Assembly (NCBI RefSeq): GCF_000143415.4
Contig: NW_003314354.1
Coordinates: forward strand, 224,575 to 288,574
DNA length: 64,000 nucleotides
Source: Selaginella moellendorffii
Lineage: Eukaryota > Plantae > Lycopodiophyta
Direction: 5' to 3'
Positions 1 through 15,474 of the stretch are shown here, in pieces. Both the position numbers and the translations under genes were made by a program. The notes beneath the pieces are model-generated. The model did no database searches. It saw only the letters and a program-made list of their open reading frames with translations, and was not told the origin of the DNA. The first letter of the stretch is position 1; the number at the start of each line of letters is the position of its first letter.

Positions 1-1574
1 CGAAGGAAATCAAGCTCCTGAGGCAGCAGAAACAATACAGCCTGGCAACGGGCACCCTCTCCGCGAGCGGTCCGGCCAACTCGGTGAATATATTCCTGTG
101 AAGAAAGAAGGCAAGCTTTCATCAGCAAAAACAAGGAAAATAGGCCAACCTTATGGTCGTACTGGATAATCCAGTCCTGAAGGAACAAAGAACTCAGAAA
201 ACCATTGCCACAATCCCACTCTTCCATAACATATTGCAAAAACAATGCTTACCACGGCAGGAATGTCCAGAACTCGGGCCACAACATCGGTACAGAGGAG
301 GAACCCAGATTCCGCTGCACAAAACTACGTAAACCTCGTCGACTGCTTCATCTTCTTAACAGGCGAAACAGTTCGAAGTGGAACTTGACGGACTTACAAG
401 AAGAGAAGAAGACCATCACCTGGAACACTTGTTCTTAAGTTCCGAGCAACTAGAGATGCCTGTTTTCTTTGCTTTTTACCTTCTTTTTGTTGTTCTTCTA
501 CAGGAATGTGTCATGAGAAGCAAGAGCCGCTTCTCGGTGGGCACCACACAGTAGCCTTGCTCCAGGCCTTATACAGTAGACTAAATCCACAATCAGCTCA
601 AACCTGACAGAGTTTTACTGGTTATGTTGCTGCAGAAGGCAGATCGACAAACTGTGATGTTTTCTGCAACTCAAACACAGAAGGCGAGCTTAAAATTTTT
701 CGCTTCTCCTTATGCTGCCTCCAAGCCTGCCAATCTGTTCAGGCATGGAAAAGCATTCGCATCGCTTACAAAACATTTGCTATGCTTACCGCAGGTTTCT
801 CCTTATACGCGTTTTCGGTGATCAATAGGTGGAAGATCATGCAAAACTGACGCTCAAGGATCCAGTCTATATCGAGGTCGTATCTAATCAGGTAGGAGAA
901 TGAGAACTGCCTGAAGTATTTTAGACTTCACACATTGCCTCATTTCCTCCTCAAATCCGATGTCAAGCAGCCGGTCCGCTTCGTCGATTATCAAGTACTG
1001 AAAACAGTGCGCAAAGGAATAGAAACTTCAAACCATATATGAAAGAATCACCTTCAAGTTGTGATAGATCCATCCTCCACGTCCACTGTCAGCAGTGCTC
1101 CTGAGATGATCCAGGAGCTTTCCAGGAGTAGCAACGAGGAGATTCACTCCTTCGGCCTCGGCTTTACGATTCGAGCCTCCGATGATCACCATATGCGTCT
1201 GGGTGTGCGCTGACATAAGTTTCCTTGCAATTCCATGGATCTGTGGCTTTAGAAGATTAAGAGAAAGCAAGAAGAAAAAAAAGAAAAGAAACACTAACCT
1301 GGCTTGCCAATTCTCTTGTGGGAGAGAGAATAAGAAAGTTGATTTGTGCTCGGTTGAGAAACTCCAACGCGGGCACCAGGAATGCCAAAGTCTTTCCGGT
1401 GCCAGTGCAGGATGCTCCCAGCACGTCGCAACCAACCAGCAACTTTGGAATGGACCGCGCTTGAATCTGGATAGAGCTCTGCTCGTAATGGAACCCTAAA
1501 AATCCCGAATGTCTATGGCGGCAAGAAGAAATGTTAGACAAGATTCTATCTTTCCTCGACATTCCTGATCTCAA
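1..1574 (-). pseudogene. DEAD-box RNA helicase, HAS1/DDX18 (plant RH27/RH51)-like, disrupted, with an internal inversion
   Basis: Minus-strand exons give [33 protein letters not shown] (Q motif/motif I), [90 protein letters not shown] and EYIHRVGRTARG. There are in-frame stops (STV*GLEQ; RFT*FC). The motif III exons lie on the opposite strand (636-890). Confidence 0.85.
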
Positions 1575-2922
1575 AAGCCTTGCGCGCGTCTTTTGGGCGA
1601 TCTCCTGGATTCACTGGTGTCCCCCGGACGATCCACCTCCACCTCCGTGAAGCCCATACGGCCAGTGGAGCCATTGGCTCCCCGCGTCCTCATGTAGAAG
1701 AGAACTCGATAATGATTTCGCTCAATCCTGGGGACGCACAAAGGTACCATCATTTTTGATCTCGCAAACGGCCGTCTGGCTGCAGCAGACGTATCACGAG
1801 CTCGGGATCACGCTCCCACCGGAGGTGAATCGCAAAGCGAGCACCAGGCTGGCATCAATGCTCGAGGACGGGAAAGACATTGTCTTGGTGATCAGCTTGC
1901 AAGCGATCGCGCTGGTGGAGACACGGATCGTGGATGGGTTCGAAGGTGGCCAGAGCCAAAGAGAATGGGCATCGCATGTCTACTCTGGGGATGATCTCTG
2001 CAACTTCATCCTTGCTCGTTGACACAAGACTGTAGACAGTAAACTTTACTGCCATGGGAGCACAGAATGGGGTTGGGAAAGCTAGCGCATGCGGGTAATG
2101 GAAGTCGCACCTGTCGAGCCATCGTCAAGATCAGGAGATAGCAATCTTTGCACTCTTCCCGTTCCGAATCTGGTCCTGGTTCGCTCTGTCAGGCTGAAGC
2201 ACTGCATCCTGAGCACCTCAACTTCCAAGCCTTCCAGATGAAGAGTACGAAGCAAGGGTGGAAATTGCTGGAAATTGCTAGGGGTGGCTGCCACTCCAAG
2301 TTGAGGGAGGGCGGAAAGGTGGTGAACGCGCTCCAGTGGAGGTGCTCAAGATCGATAATGGCTGGTTTTTCTTCAGCCGTGGATCTCGGCTCATGCACTG
2401 GTGTACATTGATGCTGCTTGGCAGAGAAACCATCACCGGTGGCCTCGATGGTCATGGAGAACATCATGTGTATTATAAGGTTAGCCTCTTTGTTTTCCTC
2501 TCTCCCTGATCTAGAGCTTATTTGCACAATCCTAGAGATTATCTCCTCGCATCAATCTAGAAGAAAAGTGTAGTCATTCCAGACGGGTGGGTGGATTCAA
2601 GGCAGAACAAGCCATGGCGAAGCAAGCCACAAAGTACGAAGCTCTCTGTATGTTCTCGAACTTCCAGGGCGTTACAGGTTTGGTATTCGGTCCAAAACTT
2701 GTCTCGCTAGCTACCACTAACTCGAGCTTCAGATCTTGGAGAAACATCGCCCCTGTCTACAAATATAATCCTTCCTGTGTCCTCAGTATTGATTGTATAT
2801 TTTGGGTCCATAGAATAGATCTTGTCTTGCGCCCGGGTCGAAGATATGAGTAGCTCGGAAACTGCTGCCTCTTTTGTATTTTCTTTGGCGCGATTTAGAA
2901 TATTCTAAAAAGTTAAACGGGA

Positions 2923-2936
2923 CTAGGGTTTAGGGC
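2923..2936. promoter_or_regulatory. Telo-box-like motif upstream of the AlaRS gene; similar motifs precede RPL23A (about 46665-46710), RRP36 and NRPD2
   Basis: ctagggtttagggc just 5' of the ATG. Telo-boxes (AAACCCTA) are typical of plant translation and ribosome-biogenesis gene promoters. Confidence 0.45.
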
Positions 2937-2946
2937 TTTGTTGGCA

Positions 2947-6907
<3,961 letters not shown>

Positions 6908-7024
6908 CGCGAGGTTGAAAGGTTTGATCATGCTTTGGAACCGCTCGAGCTCAAAGTCAATGTTAGTCAATGACGTCAAAATCTTTAGAATTAAGGTTGG
7001 AGGAAGGAACAGGCTGGCAGCAAG

Positions 7025-7138
7025 ATTGAGTTTTGCAGCAACAAGGATGCGCGATACGGCTTTCTGTCCAACTTCTACAGATCTCCCATCGCGCTCGACG
7101 GCAAGGTGTGGCCGACAACAGAGCACTACTTCCAGGCA
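7025..7138 (+). pseudogene. NADAR/YbiA-like N-glycosidase domain, single N-terminal exon fragment
   Basis: Translates IEFCSNKDARYGFLSNFYRSPIALDGKVWPTTEHYFQA, matching the NADAR signature YGxFSNF...PIxxDGxxWPTxEHYFQA. I found no downstream part of the domain. Confidence 0.7.
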
Positions 7139-7213
7139 CATACATGTTTTGCGTCAGTCATGTTTATGCTTAGACATTTTAAATTTACCTGGTATAAAAC
7201 CCAAGAAAATGCT

Positions 7214-7395
7214 CAAATTCTTCTGAGAAATGGCAGTGTTCTTGTCAGCTGTGGTTCTCCGTTCCTTGTGTTTGTTGTCAGCTCATGCTAATCTTCCCAT
7301 AAAGTGCAGTTCCACCACAGTCGAGGAGAGCAGCTTGTACGTCACTGACAAGGCATTATTGACATCCAAGGATATGGCATCAACATCGCACACAC
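7214..7395 (+). repeat. Deleted copy of the 5' end of the PEBP-like pseudogene at 56153-56358
   Basis: Shared blocks agaaatggcagtgttcttgtcagctgtg, ttccaccacagtcgaggaga and tattgacatccaaggatatg, with small deletions relative to the 56 kb copy. Confidence 0.85.
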
Positions 7396-7483
7396 TGAAT
7401 TCCAAAAATTGCAAAAACACCACCACTTTAATTCAACCACTATGTATAAAAGCCCTAAACTTCGCGCGTTTTGCGGAAGAACC

Positions 7484-10400
7484 CTAATTCTTGTCTTCCC
7501 TCCCGCGGAGCGAGGCGCTGGAATGGGTGACGAGGCGGAGGTCGATTCCCATGCTGTTGAGCTCCTGCACCAGCAGCTTGCAGCTGTAGGGGATCTCCAG
7601 CCTCGCGAAGCCCGGGAACTTGTCCTTGCAGAAGCGGCAGCTGGGCGCCCGCGACCGCCCAATGCTGGCCATGCGGTCGCAGCGCGTGCAAACCTCCACC
7701 TGGTGGGGATCACTGAGGTGGAACATCCGCTCCTGGATCGACGCCGCCGCGCCGTGCGCCACCAGGCTGCTGCGCTCCATCTGCGAGAACTTGATCCCGC
7801 CATACTTCTGCCGGTCCTTGATGGGCTGCCGCGTGATGCTGTCATGCCGCCCGATCCTCCTCCACTTGATCTTGTCGTCCGCCATTTGCATCAGCTTTTG
7901 GTAGAAGCAAACGCCGACGAAGATCTCCGCCTTGATCATGGAGCCATAGAGGCCGCTGTAGAACCGCTCGTTCCCAGACTTTTGGAAGCCACACCTTGAC
8001 AAAACCAAGAACATCGATAGGATCGTAGAACAAAGCGAAAGAAAAGAACTTAGATACCTGTGGAGAGCAGCACCAAGTTGATCCGGCGAGGCGCTGCTAA
8101 ATGGAGTGGTATTCACCCTCACTCCCATCGCGGCGGCCTTCCCTGCGATGCTCTCGAGCATCTGGCCCAGAGTCTGGCGAGTCGGGAAGGCGTGGGGATT
8201 GATGATCACGTCCGGGACGATCCCCTGGCGAGTGAAGGGAAGGTCCTCCTGGCTCAAGCAGCAGCCGATCACGCCCTTCTGCCCGTGCATGCTGCTAAAC
8301 TTGTCGCCAGCCTGCGGAGCTCTCGTGCTCGCGATCTTAACTTTGACGCCGCCGTGCGGAAAACTCGCGCTCGCGGTTTTAAAGTTGACGTCGTGCGATC
8401 CCTGGGCGATTTTCGGGAGCCGCACCACCTCTTTCACGGACCCCTCCTCGAAGTTCTTGAGGAAGATGCTGCTGTTGCTCACTGTCCCTTCTTTCAGCTT
8501 CCGGGTCTTGCCGATCACTGCCTGCGACGACTGGAGACGCGCACCGATCTCTGGGAAGCCATCCTCGTCCAAGTGCTGATACCGCTGCTGCGGAGAACCG
8601 TCCTCCTCCACAGGCCTTCCAAAGCTCTCCTCGGAGCTCTGCAGATTGATGTTGTAGCGGTGAGTCCTCTCGTGGATGGAACGGAATAAACCACGGTCGA
8701 TGGCCGCCTGGTTGAAGATAAGTGAGTCCTCCTGGTTATAGCCGTCGTAGCACGCCACGGCGACGACGCAGCTCTGGCCGTGCATCAACTTCTCCGGCCA
8801 TCCCCGCATCATCGCGGAGTCGTTTGGTGAGAGAAGCCGACACATGCTAGTCGACACCAGCTGCTTCTGCGGATAGAAAAGGCTGTCCGACGTCGTGTCA
8901 AAGCGTTTGCTCGGGTTGCACGAGTAGTATCCGATTGCATGCTTCGAGTGTTTCTGAGCTTGGTAGGTGACGCGGGTGCTGAGGTTGTGCTGAGCGAACG
9001 GAATGGTGGACGCTGTAATGGACAGCATCGCTGCCGGATGCAGCTCCATGTGTGTGTAGCAAATCCCTGACCTCAGATCGCTGTACCTTGAAGCTATCAC
9101 GCATTGCTCTTCTTCCTCGGGCCCCAGCAGCTCCACCAGTCCTTCCTGGAGCAAAAAGCGGACCTTTTCCTCCCCGTTGCTCAGTTCACGGAGCTCAGAC
9201 ACATTGTCGTCTGTCAGTAGCCACTCGTTGTTTTCCACGATGAAGACAGGCCTCAAAACTCGCCCTCCGTCAGTAAAGATTTGCAGCTCGCCATGCTTGT
9301 TTGGTGCTATCTCCACCTGAGAAGAAAATAATCTCTTCAGCTTTACAAAAGCCGGAAACGTCAAAACTCATACCTCCGAATGGATGGCACCTCGGCGTCG
9401 CCTGTTGCGAAGGTGCAGGACAGCAGCCTTAGCTTCATCCCGTGTTGACAGCCCGAGCAGTCGTCCATTGAGAAATACCTTGTCAAAGACATGGAGCTGC
9501 TGGAGGGGAACTTCATCGACATCTTGTAAGTAGCCGCTGAGGTTGTCGAGCACATCGGTTTCATCGCGATAAGAGGAAATCATCGCAAACAGCGCCAGAG
9601 TCTTGAGGTGGCCACAATTTTCCCCTTCAGGAGTTTCGACCGGGCAGAACCTTCCAGTGTGAGACTTGTTTCTGCAGAAAGAAAAGAGCTATAGCATGAT
9701 TGACACAAAGAGTTTCACTTACGGGTATCTGCTGTCATTAACTTTGCCCGAGTACTGAGATGGAGTTCTTACGTGCCGGAGATGAGCCAGTGTACAAGTG
9801 ACGTTTTGCCGTTTTAGCGCTTCCACCACCCCGCTGCCATACGTCTGTGGCTCAGCCCAAACTCCCCTCTTGAACGCGTCTCTAAAGTCACAAGTGACGA
9901 TCTTATCGTTGAAGATCCCGTCGGTGACGCTCTTCATCAGCAGCATTTTCTTGCAAGTCTCCCTCATGAAACGAGTCATAGCCTTGGTCAGCAGTAGCGC
10001 CAGAAGCTCGTTCACGCCCAGGATCCTTTTATTGACGAGGCTGTTCTTTCGAGGCTGCCGGCGACCAAGATACGATGTGCAAAGGAACTCCACCATGTAG
10101 CCGAGGTATATCACCTTGCTCTTGGGAGAATCGAGAGCGGAAAACAGAGCGTCGACAAAACTTCCTTTGAGCTTCCTGGACTTGGAAGCTAAGAACTCCT
10201 GGTTGGCGGCACAATCCCGGTGATTGACGTCTTCGTCCCCGAAGAAGTCGGAAACCTGGTCGGCGGCCTCGCGCAACGAAGGTAGGATCATGTTGGCGAG
10301 CTCGGGATCATTTGTGGCGTGTATCACGTCCAGGACACTCTTGTCCGTCGCCAATCCCAGAGCACGAAGCGCTACGACGACAGGGACTGGATCGGCTCCC

Positions 10401-11161
10401 GTGATAGACAACTCCAGGTTGATGATTCCTTTGTCCTCCTTGAGAAGAACTCTCGTGAAAGTGTTCCGGAAAGACAATCCTTTGTTGGGATAAACAACGT
10501 AGCTCTTCCAGCAGCCCTTCCGAGAGATGGAGCATCTCGCCCCAAAGTTCGAGTCTTGAGGCACCACAACCTGGAAAGTTGTAGAAAGTCATTCCAGCAA
10601 ACCAAGAGGTGAAAAGCCCAAACCTTCTCAGCTCCCTCGACGATGAAGTAGGCTCCAGGATCAAGAGGACAATCGATTTTTCCATCGGCATGGGCGTTTG
10701 AGAGCTTGGAGCCGATCATACACGGAATCTCTCCGACAAAAACTTCGTCATTTCGGAAGGACTCGTCGACCTTCTCGTTAGAGAGCTGAGAAGAAAAGAA
10801 AGAAACCTCAGTCAAGCAAAAGAAGAATGAAACACACTCCTCTTTCCTCTCTAGCTTCACAGGCAACGAAATGTATATCATCAAAGCCCTTCTTTCTCAC
10901 CCTGACATGGATGTCCGCGAACAATCTTGCCGAGTAGCTCTGATCCCCGAGGCGCGCCTCCCAGGGATATTTCACCACGGGCGGCCGGAGCGACGCATTC
11001 AGGAGCTTGATGGACGCTGTGCTGCCCTCCTTCTCCATCGAAATCTCCTCCGTCTGCTGGAAGAGCGACGGCAGCGCCTCACAGAAATCGTCGAAGGAGT
11101 CGATGAGATGCGCGACAGGACTCCTCCCTCGCAGGAACGCCGCAAGCACATCCTCTGCCAT
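7484..11161 (-). CDS. NRPD2: Second-largest subunit of RNA polymerase IV/V (NRPD2/NRPE2-like), about 6 exons, divergent
   Basis: GDKFSSMHGQKGV (NRPD2 type; RPB2 has ASRHGQKG), GYNQEDSLIFN, INPHAFPTRQTLGQ, CPVETPEGENCG, DCPLDPGAYFIVEGAEKV and a C-terminal CxxC...CxxC zinc ribbon. The frame stays open across the inferred GT-AG introns. Confidence 0.9.
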
Positions 11162-11559
11162 GATCGCTCGCTCGATCGCTTGATTTCTTGCTAAAACCCT
11201 AGAATGCAGGCTAGAAAGCTAGCTAGAACTAGAACATAAAACCCCTCCTCTCCATTAGTCCCTAAAATCTAATTTGTTCTATTGCCTGGTTTGTTTTAAC
11301 TTAATCTAATCCATCGTCAACTTCTTCTCGGCATCAGTAGACAAGGTAAGCATCTGGGACTCTAGTTAGGTGCAAACTTACATTACTTCCATAAACACTC
11401 CTATCTATTGAACAGAGTGTCTTCTAACTTTCTTTTTTTTTATGGTCGTTCGACCTGCTGCTCGTTAGCACGGACAACCATCAGCTGCTAGATGCTTCGC
11501 CCAGGGAGAAGATGGAGGGAGCATCGTCTTATGAGTGTGTAACCAAGCGAGAAATGGCC

Positions 11560-13000
11560 TTGTATGCTGAAATCTGCCCTTGTGTACAATGCCCACTGTG
11601 GAGTCGGAAGAGCTTGCAACACAAATTTTAGATGCTGATCCACGAAAGTTGGATTATCTGTGGACGTTCCACAGTTTTGGTTGATGTCTAAGGCCCCAGT
11701 GTGAGCTTTCTGGAATTTCCATGGGTGAAATCCCTTTTTGTAAACAACATTAATTTGAGATTTCAGAAAAGTAATGTAGCTAGAACTACCACCCTGGTAC
11801 GGTGGGACAAGTATGACCGACAGAGCATGATGTAAGTGCTTCAACAAATCCAGCAGAAACACATTGAGCCCTATCCGGTATTCCTCGCAAAAGGGTTTGA
11901 AACTCCATTTCTTAGCTGTTTCTTCAGCACGCTTTAGATCACCCTATAAATCCAATAAAATCCAGGTTAAAAACTAAGTACTTCGTATTGTGACGTCCAC
12001 TCCTGAATATTGTCCCACAAGACTTGCCAATAGACGCTCCAAAGCCCACCATTTTCTGGATCAGCATTCTGTTATAACTCTCGCGTTGCTCGTCTGAAGT
12101 AGCCAACAGCACCAGGGTACCCAAATACCGTGAGAGGCAAGTCCTTTTGTGGCGAAGAAGGTAAAAGAAAGCATGGTAGAGTCACTCCCTCCACCTACAA
12201 AACAAATGTTTTAGTAAATTGAAATTAGAAGAAGCACCCCATACTTTAAGAAGCGCTATGTCAGGTCCAAATTCAGGGCACTCTTTCCTGGTACTGTAAA
12301 TAGAGGTGGCATTTCCTTGAACTGTGCAGCGAAAACCAAATTCACGAACTTTTTGAATGGGCACAAATTCCCCTGTTCAGAAACTTTAGTCAAGTTATGG
12401 TATCCAATCTGGTGGTGGTGTACTTACCTGCATAAACTAGCACCTCCTTCAATTGCCACTTCATGTTCTTCCCCTAGCTGTCAGAAGCATATGCTGTGAA
12501 CCTGCAAAAGCAGTGCCGTTAAACCTCAAATTTAGAATAGAGAGAAATAAAAAACTAAACCACTCACCAATGTGATTTTGATTGAAAGAACTCTGTGTGT
12601 ACTTTTCATGTTTTCAATCCCAACGTATATTTGTTGCTTCATCTTTGTAATGGGACTGCAATCAGGACTCAAAGGGATCTGTTTTGGGAGCTCTCTTGCT
12701 GGTTTCCAATAACAAGCATAAAAACGGGAGAACTTACTTAGATGTGAGAATCTTTGCTATAAAGATTAGAAACAGCAGCTGCTACTATGTTGCCTTCTGG
12801 ATCATTAGTCTGTGGAGTTTCATCATCCAGATCCTCAACATCCCCAGCATCATCTTCTGTGCCCACATCCACGTCCGCATTATCTAGTGTGACTCCACCA
12901 CAACGGGCTGTTCTCCAGAGGTTCATTTCATCTGCTTGACGATCGATGAGAGAAGGCTATCTTGGCTTGAATAGTTTCTGTGCAGTTTGCAGAACCCACT
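11560..13000 (-). pseudogene. Degenerate multi-exon trypsin-like serine peptidase relic
   Basis: Spliced fragments PDIALLK|VEGVTLPCFLLP...LTVFGYPG, AQCVSAGFVEALTSCSVGHTCPTVPG and PWKFQKAHTG...TDNPTFV. Frameshifts and stops are present, and the Ser-containing motif expected after PG is missing. Confidence 0.45.
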
Positions 13001-13149
13001 TGGATGCCTTGGGGCTTGCACTTGTTGCCGACCAAAGGTGTACCAAAGATGACAAAGAAAATCTCTCTGTACCTGAAGCAACTAAGGAATCGGGCAAGGA
13101 GCAAGATCAAGAAACTAAGAATCCAAGAGGGAAATCGAAAGAACACCCT

Positions 13150-13585
13150 GCTGTGTTGAACCCTAAGCGCTGCCAAACCACCGTTAAGGCAAAAAAGTAC
13201 TAAGAATGGGTTGATGGAGTATTTACCAATGGCCTGGTCGTAAATTTTCTTTACGATTGAGACGAAGGCTAACAAGTGAGAAGCCCTGTTCCTGTGCGAA
13301 GCTCCATCATTTAGCTTCGTCGCTTCTCCTAATTGCCTAAGATCCAAAAAGCCGAAAGACGCTCAGCCATGGAGCTGCACTTGGAGTCTCCGAGTCATCG
13401 AAAATGTCTTTGTGTGACAAGTCGCACCAAGCACCAAGCCAGACACAATGCCTGCATTCCCCAATCGTTAGAACAAAGATGGAAAGAAGTTTGAACCATT
13501 GTGGAAGCAAAGTTTTGCAGCAGCACCACCTCAAATAAATCTGATCCCAGAAAATGTCAAATCTCAGCCAACTTCGGAATAAGCG
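13150..13585 (-). pseudogene. Inverted, deletion-riddled copy of the CFAP119-like gene 5' half and its upstream region (parent about 27905-28575)
   Basis: The reverse complement shares gacttgtcacacaaaga, gatgactcggagac, cagctccatggctgagc, ttaggagaagcga, gcacaggaacagggcttctc and gccattggtaaat with the parent. Confidence 0.85.
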
Positions 13586-13586
13586 A

Positions 13587-13770
13587 CCAGCTCCACCAGA
13601 CCAAGACCATTCTAGAATCGATCGATGAAGAAAAGCTCTCGAGGTTGCGGGAAAATGGGGCTAGAGCAGCGAAGCATATGGAGTGGCTCTCGCCTCCACA
13701 GCCGGAGGACATGGTCTTGTACCAGTATGGTGGCAGCGCCACGTCACTCGCTACGTGGATTGAATCTAGC
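13587..13770 (+). pseudogene. Inverted copy of the exostosin 3' end (parent 24430-24628)
   Basis: DQLHQTKTILESIDEEKLSRLRENGARAAKHMEWLSPPQPED is nearly identical to the parent, with internal deletions. Confidence 0.9.
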
Positions 13771-13812
13771 GTTAGGAGGGCTGAGCTGGCACTTCGGCCG
13801 AAGTGGTTTGCC

Positions 13813-15474
13813 ATGGCGGAGGCGAGGAGGGTGACGAGCCGGGATTCCTGTAGAGCAAGTTCTGTTCCAAAGTTTGGAGGATGGAAGTTCCCGCAGCGCG
13901 CCATAGATCCTTGGTCCAAGCCTGGGATCGAAATGCAACTGGAGAGTGTGGATGGGATTGGATTGCTTTCTCCGCGATTTGTTCCGTATCGCCCAGTTGG
14001 TATACTTAAGCCGAGGTTGATATCGACTTCTTTTGTTTTCGTCTTTGTTTTCCAGGTGTCCCGGATTTAGTACGAGATAGATCGCTGCTGCCAAAGTGTT
14101 ATAGATTCTACAAAGGAGGCTACCAGGAAACGAAGAAACCGACGTTGTTTGACGTTGTTGAGGACGAAGGGAATCATGTGGTTCTCCCGCTGAGAATCAA
14201 AGGATGCCAATGGAATGGGGAACGATGGTGTGCTACCAGCTTTTCCGCTAGTGAAGCCCGCGGCTCAAATGGTTCCAACATTCTCCAGAGCGAGCTTTCC
14301 AAGTCCGAGCAGCGGCTGAAGCGAAGCCGGTGATTGTTTTCGATTTTTGTGCTGCCGTTTTGAAGTGTTTTCCAACAGGAACCACACAGAGTGGGAGATT
14401 ATTTCTTGCGTGAGACTTGGACTCCTCCCAAGCACGAGAAGACGAAAAAGAAAACGCCAGTTCCCCCTTTGGCTGTGAGTCTGATTCCAATGTTTAACGA
14501 GTCTGAAGAAGAAGCAAAGAACTCTGCCTTGATCAACGAGTACCGGATGGAAGCCAGGCGCGTGGCATATGAAAAGTACGTGTTTTCAACTTCACTGAAC
14601 TTTGTGGTTGATGTTTCCCTGTTTGGAATGCATCTAGATCCAAAGGTGAAGACGCTCAACCCAAGCCAGGTGTGGAGCCGACCGTCACGGGCATGCCACC
14701 CAAAGCTCTTGAGGACTACAGCCTCCAGCAGCTGGGCTCCATACTTGGGAAAGAGATGAAGTTCTCAGCTTTGCAACACAAATTCAACAAGCAGCTGTAC
14801 GAGTTTTGCGACTCGTCCGACACATTACGTCCATTTACATTCCGCCGGAAGTACGCTGCTCTCAAGGTAAAGTTTTTCTCGCAGATTCTTTTCTTTCTCA
14901 GCTGGTATCTCCTTCTCCGGACAGGCTCTCCATGACAAAGAGGCTGCAAAGGACATCAATCCGGCCGCCAGCATGGACCAAGCCGAAGTGTTCCTCAAAG
15001 GAATGGATCAGCATCCGTGGTACAAGGAGCTTGCAAAGCTCATATTTTCGGGTGATAAATGTGGCTCCAGGGGAGAGTGGCTCATCCTTAACATCCTCCG
15101 CCTGGCCGTGGAGGTACGCTTGCAAAGTTCTAGATAGATGCGCAACGCTATTCATCCGTTCTTGGTTCCAGGGAGGAGGCAGATTCTCCAGAAAGGACTT
15201 CGTCCCATTGCTCTACTTCCTGGACAACGAGGGAGTGAATCTCAGCGAGCCAGGCACAGTGAAAGCTCTCGGATTGATCAGGATGGCACTCAAAGTTCCC
15301 AACGAAGCTTTGGAAGAATTCGTGGAGTCTTGCGATGTCGTCCCGGAGTGGCTTCTCAGCCTCTATCATCCCAGGTATGGAAGGCTCATCTCGTTTCGCA
15401 GGCCTACGCCGCTCCAGCTCAAAGCCTCGCGCTACTTCAGTCGCTTTAGAAGCATGCAGTTCTCCTTCGTGTAA
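13813..15474 (+). CDS. Uncharacterised multi-exon gene ('gene X'); most complete of three local copies, may carry a frameshift near 14330
   Basis: GT-AG-bounded exons read MAEARRVTSRD..., ESEEEAKNSALINEYRMEARRVAYE, HKFNKQLYEFCD, MDQHPWYKELAKL and DFVPLLYFLDNEG...FSFV*. I recognised no family and could not join exons 2 and 3 in frame. Confidence 0.5.

Noticed and set aside
1600-2860. Possible LRR/FBD-type gene remnant on minus (LRTLHLEGLEVEVLRM)
   Set aside because: The fragments are too short and frame-broken to support a call.
6908-7138. AlaRS-NADAR fusion protein
   Set aside because: AlaRS ends with a normal C-Ala tail and stop, stops intervene before the NADAR exon, and the NADAR piece is incomplete. 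Only RNA evidence could revive the idea.
7409-8689. Long plus-strand ORFs opposite NRPD2 (similar ones opposite GH43, F-box, exostosin and PPR)
   Set aside because: Antisense shadows of GC-rich coding sequence with no recognisable motifs.
12421-12430. TACTTACCTG resembling the U1 snRNA 5' end
   Set aside because: No U1 body follows. It is the reverse complement of a CAG|GTAAGTA splice donor of the minus-strand relic.
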